Positions 1 through 8,479 are shown, counted from the first letter of the stretch. The stretch is 26,452 nucleotides of DNA from a virus (IMGVR_UViG_3300042196_000135:1-26452), one strand, 5' to 3'. Made by a program: numbers and translations. Notes: generated by a model from the letters alone, not told the origin.

Positions 1-27
1 GTCTTATAGAGGGGATATGTAGGGATT

Positions 28-381
28 TTACCCGCCCCCCTTTATTTTCTTTTTATTTCCGAAGCCACCGTCTTCTTTGGCTGTCTTCGAGTTGTGGCAT
101 GATGTGCACAGGGATTGCCAGTTTTTTCTATCCCAAAACAGCTTCCAGTCACCACCATGTGGCACGATGTGATCGACCACGTTTGCCTGGACCAGTACGC
201 CTTTCGATTCGTGCTCTGCGCATAAAGGATAAGCCATCAACCAGGCATCACGCGCCTTGCGCCACTTGGTGCCATAGCCTCGGCTACTGGCACTGCCGCG
301 CTTGGTGTCTGCTATCTTGCGCGATAATTTTAGTGATGATTGTTTGTTGCCAGTGCTGTATCGAACAGGTCTTGTTGGCAC
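28..381 (-). CDS. HNH endonuclease, terminase-associated (HK97 gp74-like)
   Basis: Motifs RGYGTKW, VVDHIVPH and NWQSLCTSCHNSKT; first gene after the late promoter. Confidence 0.9.
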   Translation of the reverse strand: MPTRPVRYSTGNKQSSLKLSRKIADTKRGSASSRGYGTKWRKARDAWLMAYPLCAEHESKGVLVQANVVDHIVPHGGDWKLFWDRKNWQSLCTSCHNSKTAKEDGGFGNKKKIKGGG

Positions 382-395
382 ATCACCCCAAGATA

Positions 396-424
396 AAAAG
401 CCCTGCTCAGTGAGCCGGGCTTCG
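396..424 (-). terminator. tR'-like intrinsic terminator
   Basis: Minus strand AAGCCCGGCTCACTGAGCAGGGCTTTT: a hairpin plus U-tract between the late promoter and HNH. Confidence 0.6.
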
Positions 425-467
425 TTTGATTTCTGTGCTGAGTGACAATTCGCTCAGCCTGACTGGT

Positions 468-497
468 TTTATACAGTTCTTTGCATGCAGATGTCAA
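468..497 (-). promoter_or_regulatory. pR'-like late promoter
   Basis: Minus strand TTGACA-18 bp-TATAAA, with TG before the -10. It overlaps the end of the Q-like gene and precedes a terminator. Confidence 0.7.
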
Positions 498-909
498 TAC
501 TATTTCTATTAAATTTCTTCATGGAGTACACGAAACAATCATACCAGGCGTGCGCTGACTCCATATCAGCCACAAACTTATTACGACCAATGGGCCTTCC
601 CAGCTGCCTGGACAGTATCTTGCTCTGCCTTTCACGGCTGGCCATGATCGTATAGGCCACAATGAGCAGATCACGGTAATACTCTGGCATTTCTAGCAGC
701 ACACGCTCAGCGCGCGCTATGTTTGGTGGTACATATGGATCTGCTGCTATTCTCTTTTTGCAGTCCTTGATCAATATATCAGGCCCGTACTGCATCATCC
801 TGTGCTCTAGTGACTCTGTGGCATAGCCTAGATTGACATCACCGCGCATGAACAAACCCCACTCTGCCAAATCCCTGATCGTGTCTTCATTGATTCTGCC
901 ATCACTCAT
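469..909 (-). CDS. Late antiterminator Q-like protein
   Basis: N-terminal LAEWGLFMR motif; located after the replication genes and before a promoter/terminator pair. Start set at 909 by the ATGA overlap. Confidence 0.7.
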   Translation of the reverse strand: MSDGRINEDTIRDLAEWGLFMRGDVNLGYATESLEHRMMQYGPDILIKDCKKRIAADPYVPPNIARAERVLLEMPEYYRDLLIVAYTIMASRERQSKILSRQLGRPIGRNKFVADMESAHAWYDCFVYSMKKFNRNSIDICMQRTV

Positions 910-1367
910 GCCGCACCACCCGCCTGTTGTTGTTTTTTTATTGGATACCCAATTTGCCGAATCTTTTCCCACTCACGATCACGCGCTGCTGTGCTGGCCT
1001 TCACAATGGTTGGCGCCTTTGGCTCTGGCTTTGCGTTTCTGTATGCCTCCTCACAGCAGCGTTCGAACTGACCCAGTGTTGGCGCCCACTGTGGGTTGGT
1101 GTGCATCCAGGTAGTCATGGCCGTGTTGATTTCATCGTTGGTATATTTCACCAGTGCAACACCCCACTCCACCAGAGCAACAGCCAGCTCATTCTCATTG
1201 CTAAACCGGTTTGACCATGGTTGGCCATAGTGCGCTTTCAGGCGCACAAATAAGGCGCTGACAACGGGTTTTGGTAAGCACTTCTCAGGGCTACCAATCT
1301 TCACCGCTGAACGCTGCTGCTGTGCCGTTGGCGAATACGTCTGCGCGATTTTGCCGATTGGCTCCAT
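906..1367 (-). CDS. Replication protein P-like (helicase loader)
   Basis: LFVRLKAHYGQPWSNRF and WAPTLGQF motifs resemble phage P-type proteins; follows the O-like gene. Start MEPIG follows a G-rich RBS. Confidence 0.65.
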   Translation of the reverse strand: MEPIGKIAQTYSPTAQQQRSAVKIGSPEKCLPKPVVSALFVRLKAHYGQPWSNRFSNENELAVALVEWGVALVKYTNDEINTAMTTWMHTNPQWAPTLGQFERCCEEAYRNAKPEPKAPTIVKASTAARDREWEKIRQIGYPIKKQQQAGGAA

Positions 1368-2073
1368 GTGTGCCCCCCCGTGGTTTTGGATGTATGTTTT
1401 TCCAGCGTGATGAAATGCAATATTCAATCGTTTCCAGCTGCTCTTGGTGGTTACCCAGGCTGATGATCAAATTGATCATCGACGGCATTTCGTGTGGCAG
1501 AAATGTTCTGCCGTGCCGTTTCTCCATGTGCTCCAACCACCGCGCCACTGCAGCAGTATTGCACTGTGGTGGGTAGTTCTTATCTTTAATCTTTAATTCA
1601 AGTTCTAAAGATTCAGACCCCCGTTTTTGGGGGTATTCGATACCCCCGTTTTTGGTGGTATCTCCGGTTATAATACCGCCACATTTGGGGGTATCACTTT
1701 TACCAATACCCCCGTTTTTGGTGGTATCTGTGGATAACTTTTCAGACGTGTCTGCGCCTTCAATACCCCCACTTTTGGGGGGATTAGAATCAGCCTCTTG
1801 CTGTATCTCAGTTACCACCAACCGATAAATTTTAGTTCTACCACTGCGCCCACATCGATCACCCGTGAACACCAGCAACCCCTGCCCCTGCAAATCTGCC
1901 ATCGCCCGGCTAAGGGTCTTTTCATTCAGCCCAGTATCCGCGATCAATCGCGTTATGCTGGGAAAACAGAGCAAATCCGTATTCGCCCTGCAGGCCAACG
2001 CCAGCAGCACATGCGCGCTAGATGACGGCCTCACCGGCAACGTCAACGCCCAATTAACAGCCCTATAATCCAT
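1291..2073 (-). CDS. Replication initiator O-like protein with N-terminal HTH
   Basis: VLLALACRAN...CFPSITRLIADTGLNEKTLSRAMADLQGQGLL winged HTH; internal iteron repeats. Confidence 0.85.
   Translation of the reverse strand: MDYRAVNWALTLPVRPSSSAHVLLALACRANTDLLCFPSITRLIADTGLNEKTLSRAMADLQGQGLLVFTGDRCGRSGRTKIYRLVVTEIQQEADSNPPKSGGIEGADTSEKLSTDTTKNGGIGKSDTPKCGGIITGDTTKNGGIEYPQKRGSESLELELKIKDKNYPPQCNTAAVARWLEHMEKRHGRTFLPHEMPSMINLIISLGNHQEQLETIEYCISSRWKNIHPKPRGGTHGANRQNRADVFANGTAAAFSGEDW
1578..1785. repeat. Probable replication origin: five iterons, an AT-rich tract and a DnaA box
   Basis: Repeats of about ATACCCCCGTTTTTGGTGGTATC near 1617, 1641, 1672, 1707 and 1763. AT-rich tract at about 1578-1612. 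TGTGGATAA at 1729-1737. Confidence 0.8.
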
Positions 2074-2106
2074 AGCACCATGCAGCTTGTGTGTGTGCCC
2101 TCCCTG

Positions 2107-2457
2107 TCATAACCACCGCACCAACTGCCCAGAAAACGGCAACCCGTGAGTGTCCTTAAAAAACTGAATAAACGCCGCCGCAGAATCAAAGCCATCCGCT
2201 TTGGCAAACGCCGCCAGCTCATCAGCAGGCAATAGACGATTACCCACCATCACCCCCGTGCGATCAATAAACACCTCATCCACCGACTCACAGCGCGTGT
2301 GCCGCAACCGCCGGCAACCAGGCTGGCGCATACCGGTAAACAAATAAAGCTCATCACCAGGCTTGAAAGGCCGCGCACGCTTCGCACGAATGGTCTGCTT
2401 TTTATCGCCGCACTCCACCTTATAGGCAAATTCACGTTTGAAGTTTATGGCTGGCAT
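2107..2457 (-). CDS. ASCH/PUA-like domain protein
   Basis: INFKREF..KVECGDKKQTIR...KPGDELYLFTGMR and FAKADGF motifs. Confidence 0.8.
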   Translation of the reverse strand: MPAINFKREFAYKVECGDKKQTIRAKRARPFKPGDELYLFTGMRQPGCRRLRHTRCESVDEVFIDRTGVMVGNRLLPADELAAFAKADGFDSAAAFIQFFKDTHGLPFSGQLVRWL

Positions 2458-3188
2458 GCTGGAAAATCCTTATATTCAAAATCACCAATCAGACAACCGC
2501 CTTTTGCAAGCCCGGTGCCGCCCCATTGCTTAAAGAAAAATGCAACCTCCCATATTTGCGCCAGCAGCCGTAGTCGAGAAACCCAATCAACAGCCATTTG
2601 CCGCGCATCATTGCCCGATTCACCGCCACAAATAATCCAGTCAATACCCGTTAAATCAAGCCGCGAGCTCACATCTTCCAACAACGGCTCACATGACAAA
2701 AACCGGATAACAGCAGGCACGCTGCGCAAAATATCCACGCGCGGCACACCGCGCTTAACATCCTCAACAGTCACCCCCAGCCACACATTGTGGAAACCAT
2801 CGCCCCAGTCATCAGGCAAAAACCGCTTTATATTCGGCGCGCGCTTAGTCAGCAGCAACCAATCCATATCCGGGGTTTCGCGTATCACCTGCCACAACCG
2901 TTCGCGCTGGCCTGCCGGTGCATCATTGCTGAACACATCGCACATAGACCCGCAAAAAACCCGCAAGCGCCGGCCTTCACGCACCGCCTGCCGCTGCAAC
3001 TTGTGCGGCAGCTTCCAGTTATTGTCAGACATCGCGCGCGGCTTTGTGCCAGCACCCCAGTGATGACCACCAAACCGGTGATCTAGCGTTTCCGCATAAC
3101 AATGATCACAGCCAGGCGAAACCTTAGTGCAACCCCACCAGGGGTTAAATGTGGCATCACACCAGCTGATGTTTGTGGTTTCAGCCAT
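2445..3188 (-). CDS. Phage Gp37/Gp68 family (DUF5131) radical-SAM-like protein
   Basis: ISWCDATFNPWWGCTKVSPGCDHCYAE, LLTKR, FLSCEPLL, WIICGGESG and FFFKQWGG motifs. Confidence 0.92.
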   Translation of the reverse strand: MAETTNISWCDATFNPWWGCTKVSPGCDHCYAETLDHRFGGHHWGAGTKPRAMSDNNWKLPHKLQRQAVREGRRLRVFCGSMCDVFSNDAPAGQRERLWQVIRETPDMDWLLLTKRAPNIKRFLPDDWGDGFHNVWLGVTVEDVKRGVPRVDILRSVPAVIRFLSCEPLLEDVSSRLDLTGIDWIICGGESGNDARQMAVDWVSRLRLLAQIWEVAFFFKQWGGTGLAKGGCLIGDFEYKDFPACQP

Positions 3189-3194
3189 GCTTAA

Positions 3195-3587
3195 TCAACC
3201 CCCCGCAACAGACTGATAATCACGATAGATAGCCTGCAAAATATCCTTGTCATGCTCGCTGGTGTAATTGCTGGCCATGCGCCGACGCAGGCAGGCCAAT
3301 TTGTCTGGCAGCATAAAGCTGAAACTGCCGCCTCTGGTTGCAATGCGGCGTATGCCCGGCTTGAATTTAAAATGTGAATCAGATGGTTCCAGATCTGGGT
3401 TATATCGCCACCGCGACAGGCCAGTAACATTGCAGATACCATCTTTTTCAATGCTGCCGCACTTGTTCACCATCATACTGATGTATGGCGTATCCAGCTC
3501 ATCACACACATCTGCAATCTGTCTCACAGTCAACGAACTTTCAGCAATCGCCTGTTTTAGCATTGTGATTTTCCCACCGTATTCCAT
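3195..3587 (-). CDS. Hypothetical protein, possible HTH
   Basis: Packed in the operon with a TGATG overlap at 3587; alternative start 3563. Confidence 0.6.
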   Translation of the reverse strand: MEYGGKITMLKQAIAESSLTVRQIADVCDELDTPYISMMVNKCGSIEKDGICNVTGLSRWRYNPDLEPSDSHFKFKPGIRRIATRGGSFSFMLPDKLACLRRRMASNYTSEHDKDILQAIYRDYQSVAGG

Positions 3588-3787
3588 CACCACCCCCGCA
3601 CCCGCAAAAACACCGGCCACACCGTAGCCATAAAAAACCAATATTTCACCCACCACAAAACACTGCGGCGCAGGCGCTGGTTCACAAAACTGGATGACGC
3701 CATACCAATGAAAATGCCTATAAACACATAACAGGTCAACAGCCCCAGCAAAAAGCCCTTGATTCCAGTCAAAGTGAATTCCATCAT
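3587..3787 (-). CDS. Small membrane protein
   Basis: Two hydrophobic segments; overlaps both neighbours. Confidence 0.6.
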   Translation of the reverse strand: MMEFTLTGIKGFLLGLLTCYVFIGIFIGMASSSFVNQRLRRSVLWWVKYWFFMATVWPVFLRVRGW

Positions 3788-4005
3788 CTAATCGGTCCCA
3801 TGTTGTCTAAAAAGGTGGTGATGTCATCGCCGTTTTCCTCTACCGCTTCCAGCAACGCATTCCATTGATCACAGACATCAGCTTCCACACCCACCGGTGA
3901 TGCATCGATAACCGTAGCAGCGGCAAACTCATTGGCCACCAGTTCATTGGCAGCATTAAACACTGTCACCAGCTGCAGGAATGTTTTATCGTTGACTTCA
4001 ATCAT
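3784..4005 (-). CDS. Hypothetical acidic protein
   Basis: Start/stop coupling with neighbours; GGAGGGG RBS. Confidence 0.65.
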   Translation of the reverse strand: MIEVNDKTFLQLVTVFNAANELVANEFAAATVIDASPVGVEADVCDQWNALLEAVEENGDDITTFLDNMGPIR

Positions 4006-4193
4006 TACCCCTCCCCAGCATCATATAAAAACCCCTTTTTCTCACGCCTGCAGCGCGGAAAGGTTTTATTAACCGTGCACAAATAAATATTGCACATCAC
4101 CTGCTGGCTGCGCACGCAACAGCCGCTTTTTTTCTGTTGCACTTCCATGCGCACTGCTGCTTCCAGCGTGGGGTTTGCGTAAGTATCTGCCAC
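4005..4193 (-). CDS. Small Cys-rich hypothetical protein
   Basis: Operon-packed ORF with several Cys; probable GTG start. Confidence 0.55.
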   Translation of the reverse strand: MADTYANPTLEAAVRMEVQQKKSGCCVRSQQVMCNIYLCTVNKTFPRCRREKKGFLYDAGEG

Positions 4194-4196
4194 CCC

Positions 4197-4415
4197 CTAC
4201 ACTGCCAATAACTTACCAGGGCGCAATGAGCATTTATGAAACGCCCGCACCAATGCCGTTTTGTTCATGCCCCGCGCATAGCCGCGCTGGTGTTCCAGCG
4301 TTTGCAAATAGAATAAATGCCACAGCGTGCTGTATTGCAGTTCGCCGGGCGTGTTTGACACCGCCGCTGGCAGTGATTGCACAGCGGCCATGTTATTGAC
4401 TACCAATTGCAGCAT
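4197..4415 (-). CDS. Hypothetical protein
   Basis: AGGAGG RBS before the MLQLVVNN start. Confidence 0.55.
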   Translation of the reverse strand: MLQLVVNNMAAVQSLPAAVSNTPGELQYSTLWHLFYLQTLEHQRGYARGMNKTALVRAFHKCSLRPGKLLAV

Positions 4416-4536
4416 GGGGCTTTGCCTCCTTGGGTTTTTCCTGTTGTACCGCCTGCAGCGCCAGCGCATATACAATGCGCTCGATAGCGTTTTCGATGGC
4501 GGTGTCTGGGTGGGTTTGTGGGGCGGTGGCTGTCAT
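4393..4536 (-). CDS. Hypothetical 47-aa protein (not in the ORF track)
   Basis: MTATAPQTHPDTAIENAIERIVYALALQAVQQEKPKEAKPHAAIGSQ; TAATG overlap with the upstream stop. Confidence 0.5.
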   Translation of the reverse strand: MTATAPQTHPDTAIENAIERIVYALALQAVQQEKPKEAKPHAAIGSQ

Positions 4537-4724
4537 TACAGCAACCCCTTCTCTATTGCGAACCATTCAGGCAGAAAAACCGATTCAATAACACCGGCGG
4601 TTTCGCATTGATCGGTGATCATAGACTTTGGAATCCACACCTCTGTTTTACCATCGAACACCAGCATGGCTTTTTCAGTGACGCGCCTTACTTCCACGGC
4701 GATTTCGATTTCTTTAACGCTCAT
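4536..4724 (-). CDS. Small phage hypothetical protein
   Basis: RVTEKAMLVFDGKTEVWIPKS...LPEWFAIEKGL; ATGA coupling. Confidence 0.75.
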   Translation of the reverse strand: MSVKEIEIAVEVRRVTEKAMLVFDGKTEVWIPKSMITDQCETAGVIESVFLPEWFAIEKGLL

Positions 4725-5083
4725 GGCACACTCGCAGATTTCAGCAAACCATGTATGTGCGGCAACATACGCATCAGCTCATTCATCGCCTGCTTTTTAC
4801 GCACCGAGCCATCCTGCACAAATTTTTCAATCAGCCAATACACTGGCCTGATGTCACCCGTGGCAATCAGCAATTCATCAAACCGGGGCAGCGGAAACTC
4901 CACATTGTCGCCCGGGTTGTGATTGAGTTTGCGTGACAGCTCAGAAACCGACATATCCAGATCAGCCGCAATCTGCTTAAACGGCCTGCCGCAGCTGTAA
5001 ACCGAGGCCGTGACCACATCACGCCAGGCGGGGTACTGATCCAGCAGGCTTCCGTCATAATTAAGCTCTATCTGGTTTTGCAT
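4721..5083 (-). CDS. CII-like transcriptional regulator
   Basis: KQIAADLDMSVSELSRKLN HTH, located downstream of cro. Confidence 0.75.
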   Translation of the reverse strand: MQNQIELNYDGSLLDQYPAWRDVVTASVYSCGRPFKQIAADLDMSVSELSRKLNHNPGDNVEFPLPRFDELLIATGDIRPVYWLIEKFVQDGSVRKKQAMNELMRMLPHIHGLLKSASVP

Positions 5084-5146
5084 GGGTCACCTGAATAACG
5101 CTGAAACTTTGTTTCAGTGCGTTTCAGTAGCTGATTGAGGCCAAAT

Positions 5147-5183
5147 AAAAACCCCCCGGCCAGCTTTACTGCTGGACCGGGGG
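5147..5183 (-). terminator. Intrinsic terminator between cro and cII (tR1 position)
   Basis: Minus strand CCCCCGGTCCAGC-loop-GCTGGCCGGGGGGTTTTT. Confidence 0.6.
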
Positions 5184-5330
5184 CAACCACAAACAGGTGT
5201 GTGCGCGGTGCACTTTGTTAGAGCACCAATTAAATGGGAAACACCGCACACAACACCAACCAAAATTGAGGGACACCCAGTGCTAGAATCGAAAATCTCA
5301 CAAAACGACCCCATCACCAGGAACCCCCCA

Positions 5331-5597
5331 ATGACCGACATAACCGCAGAAGATTTTGAAAACGTGTCTTTATTCGCCCACCACATCGGGCTAAAAGCCC
5401 TGTTTGACGTGCTGGCGCAGCACCAGCCAACGCTGGCCGCAGACGTGGCGATGGAATTAACCCAGGCACAAGCCGCGCTTCCACAGATAATGAGGGCAGA
5501 CCTGGCCGGCCATGTGCAGAGCAACCTGCAAGCGTGGATTGATCGCCTGCAGCAAAATACGCCGCCCATACCTTCAAATCATCAGCAACCCAATTGA
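5331..5597 (+). CDS. Hypothetical helical protein, antisense to the cro operon
   Basis: AGGA RBS; extended -10 TGCTAGAAT at 5281-5289; its stop abuts the cro stop. Confidence 0.6.
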   Translation: MTDITAEDFENVSLFAHHIGLKALFDVLAQHQPTLAADVAMELTQAQAALPQIMRADLAGHVQSNLQAWIDRLQQNTPPIPSNHQQPN

Positions 5598-5828
5598 TCA
5601 TGCGGCAGCCTCGCGTTCATCATATATATCAGGGCGCAGATCGCTTTCACGAATACCAGTTATGCGCACCACAATGGGCAAACGCTCTGCTGGCACTTGT
5701 TTGCGCCATTGATTTATCGCCTGCGACGTTACACCACACGCAGTCGCCAATTTGCGCTGGTTGCCACCAATATCGCACCAGCTATTAAATGACTGACTAG
5801 CGCTGTTTTTTATGGATTTGTTTGACAT
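5598..5828 (-). CDS. cro: Cro-like (YdaS-type) HTH regulator
   Basis: GGNQRKLATACGVTSQAINQW...VPAER...LRPDIY; divergent from cI. Confidence 0.88.
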   Translation of the reverse strand: MSNKSIKNSASQSFNSWCDIGGNQRKLATACGVTSQAINQWRKQVPAERLPIVVRITGIRESDLRPDIYDEREAAA

Positions 5829-5834
5829 GGGCGG

Positions 5835-5919
5835 AGTAAAGCATGGCTTGACCACAGTTGTCAAGCAACACTTGATTGTTTTTTCCCATGGCATAACCGA
5901 ACATCAAGCAATGCTTGAT
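5835..5919. promoter_or_regulatory. OR-like operators and pR-like promoter
   Basis: 17-bp palindromic operators GTAAAGCATGGCTTGAC (5836-5852), GTCAAGCAACACTTGAT (5860-5876) and ATCAAGCAATGCTTGAT (5903-5919). Minus-strand TTGACA (5864-5859), 18 bp, TTTACT (5840-5835). Confidence 0.85.
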
Positions 5920-6285
5920 ACTATCGGACAGCGAATAAAACACATCATCGACAACTCACCACTGACACAATCAGATATTGCGGCCCAATGCGGCGTCACC
6001 AAACAAGCAATCACAGGCTGGACAAACAAAAGCGCTATCACGAAACAGAATCTCAGCAAATTCTGCAAAATAACCCACACCAACATGCAATGGGTATTAG
6101 AAAAAAAAGGCGCTATGATGATAGAGACAGCTCATCACCAGATAGAGGAGCCAGTCGCACCGTACAACATGGATGATGTAAAATTACTAGACAGAATAAA
6201 CAAACTTAGCCATGCTGATCGCGTGCGACTGGCAGCCATCATTGACGCGCTTAATAGCACGGTGGACAAATCCACCGGCAGCTAA
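5911..6285 (+). CDS. cI: CI-like XRE repressor, short form
   Basis: TIGQRIK...LTQSDIAAQCGVTKQAITGW HTH; no recognisable S24 peptidase domain. Confidence 0.85.
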   Translation: MLDTIGQRIKHIIDNSPLTQSDIAAQCGVTKQAITGWTNKSAITKQNLSKFCKITHTNMQWVLEKKGAMMIETAHHQIEEPVAPYNMDDVKLLDRINKLSHADRVRLAAIIDALNSTVDKSTGS

Positions 6286-6308
6286 CCTACCCCACAAGGA
6301 CGGCAAAA

Positions 6309-6698
6309 ATGACAAAATATCTCATACTAACCACAGCAATATTCTTCAGTTTCCAGACCGCGGCAGAAGAAAACATAAATAATCAAATAGACTTAGCAGA
6401 AGCTAATTTAGAAATCCTCAACAGCCTTGCAACCCGCTGCAGTGTAGAAATTGATGTTTATGGTGCAGAAGCCCTGCAAAAAAACGCCTGCACCAAACTC
6501 ATCACCAACGCCGGCGGTGACTTTATGACCCAAACCACAAACGCCTGCAAAGCTATAATTGATTGGAGCAAAGCCAACCGGCAAACCCAAGTCACGCATG
6601 CACAATTCAATAGAATTGGCCAGGCATGCAACCCGCAGCGTTACCCCTACATCACAAAAGCGCTCACAAAAATCAGAAGCCTGCAAAAACTACAGTAA
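6309..6698 (+). CDS. Exported protein downstream of cI (possible exclusion or lysogenic-conversion factor)
   Basis: Signal peptide MTKYLILTTAIFFSFQTAA; four Cys; AAGGA RBS. Function is inferred only from position. Confidence 0.7.
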   Translation: MTKYLILTTAIFFSFQTAAEENINNQIDLAEANLEILNSLATRCSVEIDVYGAEALQKNACTKLITNAGGDFMTQTTNACKAIIDWSKANRQTQVTHAQFNRIGQACNPQRYPYITKALTKIRSLQKLQ

Positions 6699-6737
6699 AT
6701 AGCACTAATACCGACCCCCAAAAATAATGATTAAAAT

Positions 6738-6778
6738 GTAAAGCATTGCTTGACAGTGCGATAAAGCCATGCTTTACT
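6738..6778 (+). promoter_or_regulatory. pL-like promoter with two OL operators
   Basis: TTGACA (6750-6755), 17 bp, TTTACT (6773-6778). Operators GTAAAGCATTGCTTGAC (6738-6754) and ATAAAGCCATGCTTTAC (6761-6777) match the OR sites. Confidence 0.88.
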
Positions 6779-6804
6779 CTCTCTAGACCACAACGGAGAG
6801 CCAC

Positions 6805-7173
6805 ATGCAAACAGCCACCACACACCCCCTATTCACCAAATACCCCCGCCACCCCGTGCCCGGGGCAGTCGAATCAGAAATCCACTGGATCATGCCCGGT
6901 AAGCCTACCTACCTGGCACCCGGCGTGGTCATGGGCATTGAATACGATGATGACAACACCGCCACATTCAAAATATGGGTTGACGGCAAACGCATCAAAA
7001 ACCTGCAAACCAACAGCCGCCGCCAGCTGGATCTGCGCACCAGCCTGGGCCTGATCGTCACCCACATTAGCAACAAACACAACACCATCACCGGCTACGC
7101 AGAAAAAAGCCTGATCGAAATCGCCCCCGTGCCACTGCACCTGATAGGCGCTGAACTGGGTGGCCAGCAATGA
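6805..7173 (+). CDS. Hypothetical protein, first gene of the pL operon
   Basis: GGAG RBS; immediately after the promoter. Confidence 0.75.
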   Translation: MQTATTHPLFTKYPRHPVPGAVESEIHWIMPGKPTYLAPGVVMGIEYDDDNTATFKIWVDGKRIKNLQTNSRRQLDLRTSLGLIVTHISNKHNTITGYAEKSLIEIAPVPLHLIGAELGGQQ

Positions 7174-7388
7174 GTGGCCTGTCGTCATCCAAATTTTTAG
7201 CACTCAGCGCATACAAACCACCCAAAAAACCGCGCGGCAAGGCAGGCACCAAACTGGCCAAAACCGCCATCAAACACCGCTGCAGCATTCACGGCAAACA
7301 AAACACCACCAGCAGCGTGCACCTGTGGCACCTGCAAGTGCAAACCAACAACAACCTGCAACGCATCAAAGCACGGATGGCAGCATGA
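7170..7388 (+). CDS. Small basic hypothetical protein
   Basis: ATGA coupling at both ends; Lys/Arg-rich. An N-like antiterminator role is possible but unsupported. Confidence 0.6.
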   Translation: MSGLSSSKFLALSAYKPPKKPRGKAGTKLAKTAIKHRCSIHGKQNTTSSVHLWHLQVQTNNNLQRIKARMAA

Positions 7389-7753
7389 GCCAATTACTAG
7401 ACCCCCGCGATGATCCAGACTACAAAAACAAAACCCGCGCAGAGCTGTACACACAGCTGGTGGCTGCACAAGAAGAAGCTGACGACTTCCGCGCTGACAG
7501 CCATAATGAAATACGCGGGCGCCAACGTGCAGAGGACAAACTTAAAGACACGGAATCAGAAAACGCCGTGCTACAGAAAAAACTGCATGATCTGCGCATC
7601 GCCATCGAAACCGCCATGGCCATGCGCTTTCCAGATGCACCACACGTCACCAAAGCATTTGGCTACGTTATGAGCACCAGCACGGAATATACAAAAACAG
7701 AAACAAGCGAAGAATTAAACCTGCTGCAACACCTGCACAGGCTTGCAACGTAA
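7385..7753 (+). CDS. Coiled-coil hypothetical protein
   Basis: ATGA-coupled start MSQLLD; heptad-like segment. Confidence 0.7.
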   Translation: MSQLLDPRDDPDYKNKTRAELYTQLVAAQEEADDFRADSHNEIRGRQRAEDKLKDTESENAVLQKKLHDLRIAIETAMAMRFPDAPHVTKAFGYVMSTSTEYTKTETSEELNLLQHLHRLAT

Positions 7754-7924
7754 TGAGTCTTACACGCAACAGCGCACCTGCATTCGCCAATGTTGCGCGC
7801 AACGGGTGGCAAGCATTCCCGTTTAAGTGCAGGAGGGGCCGCGCCAGCGACATGCCAGCGAACCCCCATGGAAAACTCCTGACCATGGCACAGACTGGCA
7901 AACCCAACAACCGAGGGCAATGAT

Positions 7925-8146
7925 ATGGACCTGTATCTATTTATATTAATTGCAATCATCTACCTGGGCGCCGGCATCTACCCCAGCAGCCACATGCACG
8001 ACAACAGCCGCCTGTATTACAGCCTGACAGAAAACAGCTTCATATTCACATGGCTGCTATGGATCAGCTGGCTGCCCGTGTTTGTAGTCTATATGTACAA
8101 CCAATCGCTGAAAACAAAACCAGAAGGCGACGAACATGGATACTAA
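7925..8146 (+). CDS. Small membrane protein
   Basis: Two hydrophobic segments; GAGG RBS. Confidence 0.65.
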   Translation: MDLYLFILIAIIYLGAGIYPSSHMHDNSRLYYSLTENSFIFTWLLWISWLPVFVVYMYNQSLKTKPEGDEHGY

Positions 8147-8339
8147 CGAAATCAGTTATTGCCTGGCGAAGCAAATCTCAACAATGCACGCGATCGCCAC
8201 GAACTACGGTTATATTGAGCTTGATGAAGCAATGCAAGAAGCCGTAGAAAATGCGCTGCGTCCACTCTTAGAGAAGAGGCTGGAAGAACAATCAAGAATA
8301 GTGCAGGAAATAAACGAATGGGAGCAGTATGAAACATAA
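8136..8339 (+). CDS. Hypothetical protein
   Basis: Overlaps the upstream gene and ends just before the cassette array. Confidence 0.65.
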   Translation: MDTNEISYCLAKQISTMHAIATNYGYIELDEAMQEAVENALRPLLEKRLEEQSRIVQEINEWEQYET

Positions 8340-8374
8340 TCTAATATTGCAATAACCTCCGCTTTAGCACAGGC

Positions 8375-8459
8375 AGATAACGTTTAAGTTAATTTGCGGC
8401 GCGATGCTGCATGACAGTGGCGGACTGGTTAACCGTCAAAATTGAACGCCATGTTATGT
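8375..8459 (-). other. attC site 1 (85 bp)
   Basis: Minus strand ACATAAC-atggc-GTTCAATT...AATTAAC-ttaaac-GTTATCT. Confidence 0.85.
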
Positions 8460-8479
8460 GCATGGTGGGAGTATATAAA

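Noticed and set aside
1-27. cos site
   Set aside because: The position after HNH is suggestive, but too little sequence is present to identify it.
462-478. LexA-box-like CTGGTTTTATACAG over the late promoter
   Set aside because: Spacing is CTG-N8-CAG (14 bp), not the 16-bp CTG-N10-CAG consensus.
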